A DNA stretch of 63,027 bases, counting the filler, from Sphacelaria rigidula (Eukaryota), in NCBI GenBank assembly GCA_964200075.2. It is 10 parts of 10 records of this genome, joined end to end, with 100 filler letters (N's around TTAATTAATTAA, not from the genome) between each part and the next. Parts side by side here need not be neighbours in the genome. Positions count along the whole stretch, not along the records: positions 1 to 6,213 come from CAXNAA020021468.1; positions 6,314 to 12,526 come from CAXNAA020021469.1; 8 more parts are not named here. The stretch is one strand, 5' to 3'. The position numbers and the translations under genes are program-made. How positions within the stretch are numbered: the stretch's first letter is position 1; each line of letters opens with the position of its first letter. Below, piece after piece: positions 1 to 11,096 of the stretch. The notes under the pieces were generated by a model that ran no database searches, was not told the DNA's origin, and saw only the letters and a program-made list of their open reading frames with translations.

Positions 1-68
1 ATACACCGAAAGGTGTAGACTGGTGCCCAGAATAAATGGGACGACAACACACACACAACAACACACAC
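1..68 (+). mobile_element. 3' end of tRNA-derived SINE with (AC)n tail
   Basis: CCGAAAGGTGTAGACTGGTGCCCAGAATAAATGGGACGACAACACACAC matches the 3' ends of the copies at 17385-17717 and 53453-53816. The tail also occurs at 56816-56845. Confidence 0.8.
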
Positions 69-458
69 CTCTCAAAATTGAGGTGAAGTGGGGCCTGCAA
101 CCTACAATTTCGCGTCTAGGCTGGGCAAGCTGGTAAAACGCCTTGGACATTCCGCTTTTATGAGCAAAACGTTGGAAACACATGTTTTGAACGTCGCGTA
201 AGTTCCCTCTACACCATCCCCGCTCATGAGAACAATAGAAAACGTGGGTCCGTGGATCACCGCACCCTGACCAAGACAGCGCGATACAACAACGGTGAAA
301 ACTGCAATTGGTGTAACGTTTACGGCTCTGCAGGCGTAAGTTTTTAATGAGCATTCTTCCTTTGGCCGAAACTTTTTACCCGTGACAGCCTGCCAACATC
401 GGGGCCCTTTCTCTTTTGTGCTAAAAGGAACATGCCAAACGGTAGTCACAGATCTTAC

Positions 459-3400
459 CAGAACTCCGTATCCGAATGTGGAGAATATCTTGCGATGAAG
501 CGACGAAATCCGACTTCATGATCCGCGGCATCGAATCCAAGAAATATTTCATGCTCTCGATCACCTGCGTGGGGTTGGGGAACACGAACAACGAAGTAGA
601 CAACAAACGTGTATTCAGCAAAATCTATACTCGACTCTTGGATTAAAAAGACGACGTTAACTTTTAACGGGAAGGATGATCAGCCTGCCTTGGCTCCCAA
701 CGGGTTCATTGCTGCGCGGAACGCCACAGCTGCAACAGATCGCAGCAAACGGTCTCGTTTATCGAGTGGCGGACACACGCTAGCATCACGCGAATGGGGA
801 CGGGGCGGGGTGTACTCATAATCTTGCATGCCATAGCCAGATGACCATTGACCTCCCATCTGGACAAAGCGGAGACGGATCACGCCGGGTTTTCGCCGGA
901 CCAGGTTCGCAATCGATCAACGAGCGCAAAACGCCGTGTTGTGTACGGAGGACTGCATCCTGCGAAGATTGTTCCGCCCGAGGCCTACTGATTATTTTGT
1001 ATGTAGACCAAAGCCTCCAAAAAGTTATTTCAAATCGCCACGCCCAGAGACAGGCACGGCTTACACACTGCCTCATGAGTGTCTCACCATTTAAACACGA
1101 CGTATTAGTATGACCATTCCCTTTGCGCGAAATCAAAGTTTCCCGCCCCTCAGAGTATGGATTAGCTTGACCACCATCATCGTTACCGCAAAAAAAAACG
1201 CAAGCGCGCAAAAAAAACGGTAACCTGGTCGCCTAGCTTACGCAGTGAGTGCCGTGTTTTACAGCGTCACTACCAACCGACGCCAACCCCATCGGCGATC
1301 CGTCCCTACAAGGCCGGGACGGAGCACGCCGGGTTTTCGCAGGACCAGGCAAGCAAGACGCCCGCAACGATGGACGGTCTCCGTGGCGACAGCTTTGAAA
1401 CCTAAACTTTCACCTCTTGCACTGTACCTCCGGTAGACGGATACACTTTTTCAAACATACCTGGTATTCGCATCGTTTTTCCCACGTCTTCTGGATCATT
1501 GGATCTGCCGAAAGAGAACAGAGCGCGCGATGTATCGCAGTATGCCAGAAATAAAAAAAAAACATGAATGAAGAAGCGGGTGCATGGGGCATGGCGAAAA
1601 GTCCACCACGTGGGTGACGAAATCCATTGAAGCGAAACAGCCAGTCCACGACTCTGCAATGGGCAGTCAACACCTGACTGTGACGATGCCAAGCACAATA
1701 TCACAAAACGGAACGCGTTCTCTTGCGATGACATACAGCGAACGCCTACCTTAAACGGGGGCATTTATACCAAGTCACAGGTAAGGTGGTCAAATTTCTC
1801 CTCGGACCTTCCCACAGCAGTTAGGGGGAGGGGGGAACGCCAAAATTTTACAGATATGCGACGGTCAGCAGTCGACAAGCCAAGCACTCCATCACCGGCC
1901 GGATATGGGATTGAAGAGCGTGCTCCCAAACCAGGATCCACAAGTAATCGGTGGTGACGGTCACTTTACTCATCGAGTCCTTCCGTTTCTTCACGTTGGG
2001 TACGGGTACATCGGCCTCCAAACCACAGCTGTATTACCACCGAATGAGATAATTGTATTGCGCGACAACCCATCCCTCAATGAGTCAATTCAATCAATCA
2101 ATACCGCTGTTGCGGTGGCCCTCCTTTTCCGTTTCTAGGCGACGGCCTGCCTCACCTTCCCACAACGACATAATAGCCCGCCCGACTTCCTCGTCGATTG
2201 GAGCCTGATTGTCCAAGTCGTTTATCAACTTCATCGCTTTCTGGTTCACCACCTACAACCAAGGACGAGGAGGATAGGCGGGAGAGGTGATGGGGGCGAC
2301 GAGCGTTGACTTGTGCTTATCTCCACTTGGTGAATCGACCACGCTGTTCGCTCCACGTCATGCAAAGCGGACGGTCGATATGCGTGTTGAATGACGTGGA
2401 CTGCATATCAACGCCACTAGTTAATAATCATCCAAGCCCCGAGCAATATACTTTGCAACAGGGGATAAGTACGAACTGTGGAATGGGTGCTCGGGGATTA
2501 ACCATCTTCGATTTTTGGTCACTTTTACAGCTAGAAGCACTGCGGCAGCTCCCGCGAGGGGGAGGGGGGCGCGGGGGGCGGTGAGAACACGAGACAAAGA
2601 TAAACGCCGCGTATTGTAGTGCACCTGGCACAATGAAGTAAATTCGGGGAGGTAAAAGGGTATTCGTTTTCGTGTTGCTTCGGAAAGCTACATTCGCTAA
2701 TCTTCATTTCGCTTGTGCAAATCCTGTTTCTTCAATATCTTCGCCAAACAATGAACGACAACAGCTCAAAAGATGAATTTCCACTAGTTTCAAGAACCCC
2801 ACTGATGGGCGCTAGTACAAGAACCCTAGTAACACAGAAAAGCTACGTGTACGCGGTCAAGTTACGTAGGAACGTTCGCCATGGGAGTCTTTGACCCTCT
2901 TGAAAACACGTCACCTGGGCCGGCTTCAGCTGTGAACGTAGCCGTCAACTGGCTTGTCGATAGCCTGTGTATCGATACCATTTTATCTACTGCATCCAAT
3001 CAGCTAGGCATTGTGCTTTGTTCAAACGAAAACAGAGCAGCTGGTGAAAAGTCGCACGACCATGACCGGCAAGTGTTCGATCGTCACCCCACACCGAGCT
3101 CATCTCACCTGCTTGTCGAAGCCGTAGGAGCTAGTCTTTTTCACCACCGTCTTGATCGTGCTGATGGTGTTTGCGTAAACCACCGGCGTCTGTCCAACAA
3201 CGTATCAAACCGACCACAAAAAAAACAACGGGTACAACGAGCTATCCATGACAATCGAACGGCGAGGATATCGGCCCGCAATTCGCGTACGAATCATTCG
3301 TTTCCGACCGAAAGACAGGGGGACCCTGAAGAAGAACCAAACATCTGATGGGAGAACAAATGTTGGCATATCGTTGAACGTACAATACGCTTTTACAAGC

Positions 3401-4895
3401 ACGATCGGCAGTTAAGAAACAGCAGAAAAAAAAAACAGATGCCCACCGAGGCTCAATCTTGGTTGCAGCGCGAATAATGCGGGTTTGCTGTTCATTTCTC
3501 ATTCGAGTTTAGTAAAACGTTGAGAGCTCTGCCAAAGATTCGACGGCACTTGCCATGACACGGCTGGACCCATGGGTGGTCAGTTAAAGCGCGACAATTA
3601 ATCAATCAATCAAAAAATGGCGGGAAAAAAAAAACATAATCCAAAGCCCGGCGCGGTGTGCACACACTGAGCGGCGGCGTTTCAAGCAACATCCAGAACT
3701 TCTGTTTTCCATAGCCTCCAGGAATAACAACCCTGAACAGTAGACCTCGTCCACGTACCGACACCAACCCCGTTTGTCACGCAACTAGTGGTCATAAAAA
3801 CCAACAAGAGGATCAAAATGAGAAACCACCATCGAGACAAGACAACATATTATACGCGACATCTACCTGTACCCTTGGAAGACGACGAGTTTTAGAATAG
3901 ATTGCGAACACCGTAGGTCATAATCCGGGGTATTTCACCCGGGTCGAGAAATAATGAAAAAAGACCCCCAACTTGTAGAAACCGACGGCGGCTCCGCAGA
4001 TGAACTTGTATCTTTCTAAATATTTCATCGCGACCTTGCGGTCAAATTTAATTATGCTGCAGTGCGAGGGCATGTATACACAACGATGCTGGAGGTTGAC
4101 TCTCTCACTCCCCCGTGTTGACACCTACGGCACCAAATTACCACCGTAGGCTCGTCGAGACTGTCAACATAACCTTCTGACTATTTCACCACAGAAAACA
4201 CAAAACGGCATGGTATGACTTGCATGTCTTCTTTGCCGGTTCATATATGGGCCAATTTACAATAGCAAGCGACGTCAGGGTCAAAACGGTAGAAATAAGA
4301 GAGTGTACAACGGTGCGCTGCACGGGGCAGGCGCCTGCGTGGCAGCGGGAAGCAAGCTGTTTCGTAGGCCAAAATGTCAGTAGAGAAAAACACCACTCGG
4401 TGCGCATACTTACCCTTGCAGCGGCAACCCAAGCAATTGTGCGCCAGCTTGTGCGACACCTCCTTGCCACCAAATTACTACATGAGTGTGACTCGAACAC
4501 TAAAGGAAGTAACGATTGTTGTCGACAGGCTGTCCAGGACACCTATTATCAGCGCTTTGCTGGTTCACGGTGCGAGACTCTTGTATGGTGAGTCGCTGAC
4601 CTGCGGACAAACCGCACGCGCTTCCACAAGAGGAAACTTCATGGTTTTCCTCATGATAGAGCAAGCTCGAGGATCATACACCAAAGGCCGAAGCCTCGGT
4701 AAGTTTGTTGGGGGATTTAAGCGAGCTCAGGTGCCGTGCAGTTAAGCGTACAGAGGCGGTACTCACAAGGTTAATTCTGTCCTCCTCTGAAATCACGCCA
4801 TATATGAGCTTCATCTGTCGGAAGATCGTGCTCTTCCCGCTCTCTCCGGGTCCCAACAGCAGCAACTTGATCTTCTCTTGCTCCACCTTGTTGTC
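459..4895 (-). CDS. Heterotrimeric G-protein alpha subunit (partial, 5 exons)
   Basis: GT-AG exons on the minus strand with consistent phases: 4895-4767 (DNKVEQEKIKLLLLGPGESGKSTIFRQMKLIYGVISEEDRINL, G1/P-loop), 3189-3109 (TPVVYANTISTIKTVVKKTSSYGFDKQ), 2252-2156 (VVNQKAMKLINDLDNQAPIDEEVGRAIMSLWE), 1504-1461 (DPMIQKTWEKRCEYQ), 564-459 (VIESMKYFLDSMPRIMKSDFVASSQDILHIRIRSSG, switch I). The first exon and the G3-G5 exons were not found in this contig. Confidence 0.95.
805..955 (+). repeat. Dispersed repeat family (GGGG.GTACTCAT...TGACCATTGAC core)
   Basis: Related copies at about 10178-10320 (-), 20285-20360 (-), 34472-34520 (+), 61725-61800 (-), and partially at 1290-1350. The copies span five independent contigs. 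Confidence 0.75.
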
Positions 4896-5273
4896 CTGCA
4901 AACACGTGACCGAGGAACACCAACAACGACATGATATCGCGAGCTGATACACAACCTGAAAGGGAACTGGCCGGGTGCAAGAACACTCGCGAAAGTGACT
5001 AATATACTTCACTCTGGTTGTAGGACATCGCATGGACCTCTAATCGTGTCATTGATGTTGATGTGCGAAAGAGCCATTCAACGACACCTTGACCTGTAAA
5101 ACACTTGACTCGTCACGAAGCAGCAACGTTCACCCTTGAAACGCGAGGCTGCTTTCCGGAGCGATATAACTGGTCGACAGTCAAAGCCGGTGACCCCAGT
5201 GCTACGGTATATCTGTTTTCTCTGCTATAAATTGAGACGAGAAAGGGGCTTGAATAACGTGCGGCTTTGTACT

Positions 5274-6100
5274 GCCTGCATTGCCCATGAGCGTGGACGC
5301 AGATCGGTTGCCCACCCGCCGTGCAGTTCCATCGCTGATCCCTTCCATGAAAGAAGATGCTCAAGTTGTCGCCAACGAAAAATAAACCAAGCATACCCAA
5401 CTACAACAGTGTGTCTATCCCTGTGCTCAACTCGTTTTCTATGCTGCAGGGTTGCGGTGGTACCTGAGAATGAGTTCTATGCAGTTTGCACGGTTCCGTG
5501 AACCGGTGGTATCTGGCGTGGTGGTCAGTAAGATGAGAGTCAAGTGTCCTTTCGTACCTTCCGACTGCACGTTTTGGATCGAAAAAGCTTAGATTCATTG
5601 TTTTTTACTTATTCTCTGAGCGCCACTACAGGCGTGTCTCAGCACATTTTTTTGCCGATCGAATTAAATAGGCGGTGAAATTTATCTGAGCAAAATTCGC
5701 TCATTTTTTAGAGTTGGGCCCAGGCGAATTTTTAAGCCATCGATGGAAAAAAACAGTGAATTTCGTGAAGCGGTACTTGGTCGCTTGAGTACGGTACAGA
5801 CGGTCTGTACTGTCTGCACTGTTTGCACGCAGTGTATCTGTGTGTTTGCGTGCGTGTTTCGTACAGTAGGATATGAAAGAGAAGAAGGCAACGTGCAGTT
5901 TAGACTCTGTACTTTTTGCTTACATCGCGACGTGAAAAGGACTTGGACAATGTGCAGCTTTGTGCTGCCTGCACTGCCCACGAGCGTGTAGGCAACTCAG
6001 TTGCGTGCCTTACCACGCGCTTCCGTCGCTAATCCTTACCATGAAAGACGATGCTCAAGTTTTCGTTAGCGAAAAATAAACAAAGTATGCCCAACTACGA
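5274..6100 (+). repeat. Two diverged ~130-bp direct copies (about 5274-5407 and 5967-6100)
   Basis: Both read GCCTGCAYTGCCCAYGAGCGTG...CATGAAAGAMGATGCTCAAGTT...CGAAAAATAAA...CCCAACTAC. Confidence 0.75.
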
Positions 6101-6213
6101 GGTGGGCCAGCCCAGAGGCGGATTTGAAGTTTGCAGGCCCATGCTCTTTTATGCATTTAGAGTTGGGCCCTGAAATTTGGTATGGACGGTGCACAGGGCA
6201 TAACAAAAAAAGT

Positions 6214-6313
6214 NNNNNNNNNNNNNNNNNNNNNNNNNNNNNNNNNNNNNNNNNNNNTTAATTAATTAANNNNNNNNNNNNNNNNNNNNNNNNNNNNNNN
6301 NNNNNNNNNNNNN
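6214..6313. other. Artificial contig linker (44N-TTAATTAATTAA-44N)
   Basis: Identical 100-bp linkers at 6214, 12527, 18840, 25153, 31466, 37779, 44092, 50404 and 56716. TTAATTAATTAA places stop codons in all six frames. Confidence 0.99.
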
Positions 6314-6479
6314 GCACTCCCGCTTTTTGTGCATTTTCTTTCGGTCCCTATCGTTCTGTCCACGGGCTGGCCGTCTCTATCCCGTCACGAGAGTACGAAA
6401 ATGACACGAATGTCCGGCGTGTCTCGAGGAAACGAGGCCTGTTGGTTCCGTTTTTCTGGTAGCGCGCCGTTTTACGCAG

Positions 6480-7960
6480 TACTTTTGCTTTTCCAGGCCT
6501 TCGGGCACAAGTGTTTTGAGCTGGACGATGCGTGACTGACGGCATGTGGTTGGTTGTGATCAGTACGCTGCATCGCAGCTTGTGCTTCGAGCGAAATTTG
6601 ACTTGGTCGAACCTCGTGTTGGAGAGGGAATCATTGTTCACTAGTCACGTTCCATTTCGCCGCATGACCTATGAGAGCGTTGCCAGATCAGTCACTACCG
6701 TACCCCCATTTTGTTTCGTTGTAGACGATGGTGGTTGTTCGACAGAGGAGAAGGCAGGGGGTAAGGACCAGGTTTCGTTTCCAAGTGTTTTTTCGTTTGT
6801 TCGTTTATTTCGGGGGAGCAGGTCACATCACATGAGAGGGGAACTGTCGACAGTAATGTCGGCAACAACGGGGTGTAGCTAGTACTAGTGGTGTATCTCG
6901 GGAGTGTATCTCCCTAATGACTGGACTGGGTAAAAACGTTGTAAACGGTAGAAACATGAGAAATTGAGTGAATGGGATGTATATCCCGTGCAGTACAAGC
7001 GGGTACGAATTATCCAGGGAAAACGAACGGTGTCCGGCAGGTGGAATGCTGGTTCTGACTTCGTATTTTCCGGCAAGCTGGATCACGTTGCATGTCGGAC
7101 AGCGGCACCGTGGTTGTTGGCGTTTCTCTGGCACTGTGGTAGAAGTGTCGTTCACTGAACCGAGAATGCGGCTTGTTACCCCGAGTGCATAGCTTTGAGA
7201 GTGAGTGTCCTACTCAGCAACATACTGTCTCCAGTCGTGAGAAACCGCGCCGTAGGTGCCCTATGGAGGGAGTACGACTGTTCTTCGAGCAGGCTTTGAG
7301 CTCAACACCCATCGAGAAGCACCTCTCCTCTCGTATGACATCTGGAGATGTTGCCTTGGGGGCGTTTTGCTCGTGTGTTGTCCTGTAGGGGAAGGGCGCA
7401 AATGGACGTGGTGGCCGTTCTTTCCCGGTGTCTGCGTATCCTCATGAAGTTTTTTTTTCCCTCACAAGTACAGAAGTATTATCCTAGTAATGTGCTGGTT
7501 TACAAGGACTCGATCCGGCCTCGCGCCATCGTGAGCGTTACCAGGCAAGGTGTGTCCTGAGTGCTGGTATTGTGACTACGAGCACAGACACTCGTGTAGC
7601 CCTGAAGAAATATTTTTTCGGCTGCCCTTCAGTGCTTCTACGATACACGAAGCATTTTCTGAGGGAGGCTGTTCTAGTAGATGTTGGCCTGTTGTTCCAG
7701 TTGTCATGGGGGGAAACGTGTACCCAGGTCGGTTGTTATGCTGCTCTTGGTGCTGAAATGTTAATTTAGGCTTTTACGGTAGTTGATGTTGGGTTGAAAA
7801 ATGCGCTGCGGAGCAAAGCTTGTTTTTCGCTAACTTCCTGCGCATTTTGAGTTGTAAGCATAGAGGTCTTGGGTACTGGCTACTCAAGTTCTCTGATGAG
7901 CCTCGCTGCGAGATGGAGTGTGGAAACAAGTACAACAGTTGGTGTTACCGCTGCGGGTAG
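6480..7960 (+). pseudogene. Highly decayed Ty3/Gypsy-like pol remnant (RT C-terminus to RNase H)
   Basis: Frame-broken fragments occur in the order expected for Gypsy pol: 'ELDDA', 'LCFERNL..NLVL', 'LLAFL', 'EQALSSTPI..KH', 'DVALGA', 'VVAVLSR', 'ALKKYFFGCP/F', 'ARWSVE..Y..YRCG'. There are many stops and frameshifts. Confidence 0.45.
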
Positions 7961-8966
7961 CCCAGTTATTCAAGGCAGCTCGTTGCACACGGTCCATCAT
8001 GAGCGTTTAGCCTAGTGCATTCTGGTGCATTCAATTCGCCGTTTGCAGCAAGGACGGGTCCGGTCAAGACGTTCTCCACAGAGCTCGTACACGCCACTCG
8101 TTGAAGCTGCCATTACGATGGCTGGTTGCAGCTGCTCCGTTGCTTTAACTGTGGTATGCTTTTGCACACGATTCTCATGGTACATGGGTATTGCCATTGG
8201 CGGGGGATCAGAGTCCCGCACGGATGTGTCGGCTCATGGGCCGATAGCCGGTGCGAAACAAAGTGGTTGGAGTTATGTTTCCCGAGGTCGTGTTGAGTTA
8301 TGAAGGAATTTTGCAGCGTCAATGAATTAGGCTGTCGTGTGTAGGGGAGGAGGACCTGCCCACCCTCAATGCGGAGTCGTCATCTCCGTTCTTGTTCCAT
8401 CGGCGTGGGTTTCGGCTATCTTCTAATGTTTTTTTCATTCGGACTACAGCTGCATGGGAGAAGTACGAACACACGGAAGAATGCTGTCTACAACACTGAA
8501 CACCGTGTGATTTATTCGGTTATTATTCTCGTGCTTCTAGCGTGTGATTTGTGATGTGCCGTCTGAATGCTCCGGGCTGCTGGAGAAGGAAATTTCGTCG
8601 ACGAAACCTGACGTTATTCATTGAGTCATATCTGATGGTCACATTTTCACGACGAGCTGCGTATGCTCGCGTTCGCGGGCAACAGCTTGTGTCCAGCAGC
8701 CACCAGTCGTACGGGTACATGTCATCACTCAATGCCTCATGGGAAAGATCCCTTCGTCCAATCGCTGAACTCGCCAGCATTTTGTCGCCATCTTTGGCGG
8801 CTTATTCCAAGTTTCCTGATTTCTGATCGCATGCACATACATTGCAATAGGGCTGCGGACGCTAACGAGTGAGGAAGAATTTCATCCGAATGGATAATCC
8901 GACATTTGAGCCGTTGGTGATCGGATAACAATTTCATTATATAAACACGTTATTACCGGTATCAAT

Positions 8967-9044
8967 TTGATTGATTGATTGATTGATTGTCGCACTTCAA
9001 CTGACCCCGCCAGGGGTCCAGCCGTGGTCTCATGATGGACGTAC
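8967..9044 (-). mobile_element. Retroposon 3' end with (CAAT)n tail
   Basis: The reverse complement reads CATGAGACCACGGCTGGACCCCTGGCGGGGTCAGTTGAAGTGCGACAATCAATCAATC. Related copies lie at about 3553-3612, 30917-30992 and 55754-55817, with a weaker one at 2022-2102. Confidence 0.75.
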
Positions 9045-9337
9045 TAAAAAAAACGGAATTCAATCATGATCTAAGGAAAAAAAAAAGGAACAGAAAACAA
9101 TAGGAACAGGAAAGAGAAAAGAAAAGAAAGAGGGGTCGAACAGAACGACATAGCAGACTAAGTCGTGACAAAAAAACTAATAAAAATTCCACACAAGCAA
9201 AGCGAAATGGCCGACCTAAAGCAAGGAAAAGAAAAATAGGAGGAAAGTACAAATTAAATAAAAAAAACACAATGGAACAAGGGGAAAAAAAGAAGAAATC
9301 AAAAGGAAGTAAAGTAGAACGCCTACTATCTTCTTAA

Positions 9338-9466
9338 CCCTTTTGAACCTCATTGACGATTTTTGTTTCCGTGAATCGGTATCATCTTGACTTGGAAATG
9401 ACTTGGAAATGACTGACAATGATGCTGAATCACGGAAACAAAAATCGTCAATGGGTTTCAAAAGGG
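9338..9466. mobile_element. piggyBac-type MITE (129 bp, near-perfect hairpin)
   Basis: TTAA target-site duplications at 9334-9337 and 9467-9470, CCC...GGG termini, and ~48-bp inverted arms (CCCTTTTGAACCTCATTGACGATTTTTGTTTCCGTGAATCGGTATCAT and its near-complement). Confidence 0.88.
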
Positions 9467-9915
9467 TTAAGCGCGTGGTATGTTCTGTTTTTCTTTACAG
9501 AACCACAGATACCCAGGGGAACACGCTGTTCCTTTCCTGCCGCAAGTACGCGGAGGTCATGATGCACCGTCAGGGCTTGCTACATATGAATGGTGGGCGT
9601 CGGTCGGCAACGACGCGCTGTGAAACACCCCACTCATTACATATACTAGGCAATGGTGTTAACATTTTTTCCCTTTGCTTGCTCTTTTTACGCGGTAACC
9701 ATGATGGTAGTCGAGCTAGATCATTTAGTGTAGAATCAAGATCCCGAAGTTTGCGCGAAGGGGATGGTCGTACTGCGTTGTGGTTATATGGTGAAACACC
9801 TATGAGGCAGTCTGGAAGTGGCGATGTCAGAGAATGAAGTAACTCATTCGAGCCTGTCATCCATATGCAAGGTAATCAGTACACTTCGGCAGGACGCAGC
9901 TCATCCTTTGTGCGA

Positions 9916-10177
9916 GAGCAATACTGCTACGGTAGGGGTACACTTTTTTCGCGAAATTTTGTCTGGTTCAGGGGCTCCTAACGACTCTAGATGCACAAGA
10001 ATATGGGTCAGGGCAACCCCGTTTGAACATTTATTCGGGATATCCCCAGCACATTGGAATAATAATCCTGGCGTACTGTCGCATATTTTCATATTAAGTC
10101 GTGTCTGGGATGAGATAAAGGGCTCCTGACATTCTAACCTCAGAAAATATTTGTGTACCCCTACCGTAGCATCACTC
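9916..10177. mobile_element. MITE with GAG...CTC termini, probable Sola-like (copy 1)
   Basis: Perfect 19-bp inverted repeat TGCTACGGTAGGGGTACAC (9925-9943) / GTGTACCCCTACCGTAGCA (10153-10171). Flanks are GCGA/ACGA (3 of 4 match). A second full copy lies at 20493-20750. Confidence 0.85.
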
Positions 10178-11096
10178 ACGACTCGCCGAACACATCACGG
10201 TGCTTCGCGCCAGGTGATCGCGAGCTTGGTTCAGCGAAGACCCGGCGTGTTCCATCCCGGCTTTGGAAGGATGCGACGTCAATGGTCATATGGCTGCGGC
10301 CTACAAAATCATAATTACCCCCCCCCCCCCCCCCCCCGCCCCCTTCCCCGTAACTACCCGCAGGGGTCATGATGCACCGTCAGGACCCGTTACACTCGAA
10401 TGGTGAGACCCCTAAATACGCGGGAGGTATCCCTCGAACTTGCTTACCCTACACTGCTGGCTTAAAACCCTTGTCCCTGCCGCGCTTTCTCCCTGGGGAC
10501 AAAATCAACGCATTCCCTCCCCCGAACAATCCCATCGGGAAGGGGGTCTCATCCGACGTGTGAACCATTTGCGGCCAGACAACAATTAACCTGATGTGAC
10601 GCTAAGGCAGGAGTTGCATGTTCGAGTCACGCCACAGTTAGAGTGTAATTTTTTTCACAGCTTTGAATTTTCATGAGCCCTTAATCTCGGCCAAAAAACA
10701 TGGTACGAAGTATGTGAGAGCATACACGCCGCGATTAGCGTCCCCATGTGTCCCTATGGACTGGGGATATCTCGAATGGATATTGAAACTCACACGATGT
10801 TCAAGGGTGCAGGGCGAAAATGTCGTGGGTACACAAAAATCGACTACACGGTTGACATGGGAAAAGGGCTTCTGAACCCTTCGTATTTGTTATAGATTAA
10901 GTTTCGTTTTAAAAATCCCGAGGATCGGGGTTCGGTGAGTTCAGCAGCCAATTTCCCGCCGTTTGGTGCCCTGTTTGTTGTTGCCTGTTTACAGAATTCG
11001 CACCACACTATTTTTGCCGGCGTTTCTGTGTTCTTTAGATTTGATTTGCTCGGGTTCGGGGGTCGTTCAATTGGCGTTTTCCTGCGGGTAAAATAA

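Noticed and set aside
102..449. 115-aa ORF as the next Galpha exon
   Set aside because: It lacks the expected GIVE...DVGGQR sequence and is intronic.
6258..6269. Regularly spaced TTAATTAATTAA as a biological repeat
   Set aside because: It is an artificial six-frame stop linker embedded in Ns. ORFs that run into the linkers are artefacts.
9064..9330. Phe- or Lys-rich ORFs here and at 14762-15331 and 21512-21807
   Set aside because: These are translations of A/T-rich low-complexity tracts and homopolymers. The last one spans a 10-N gap.
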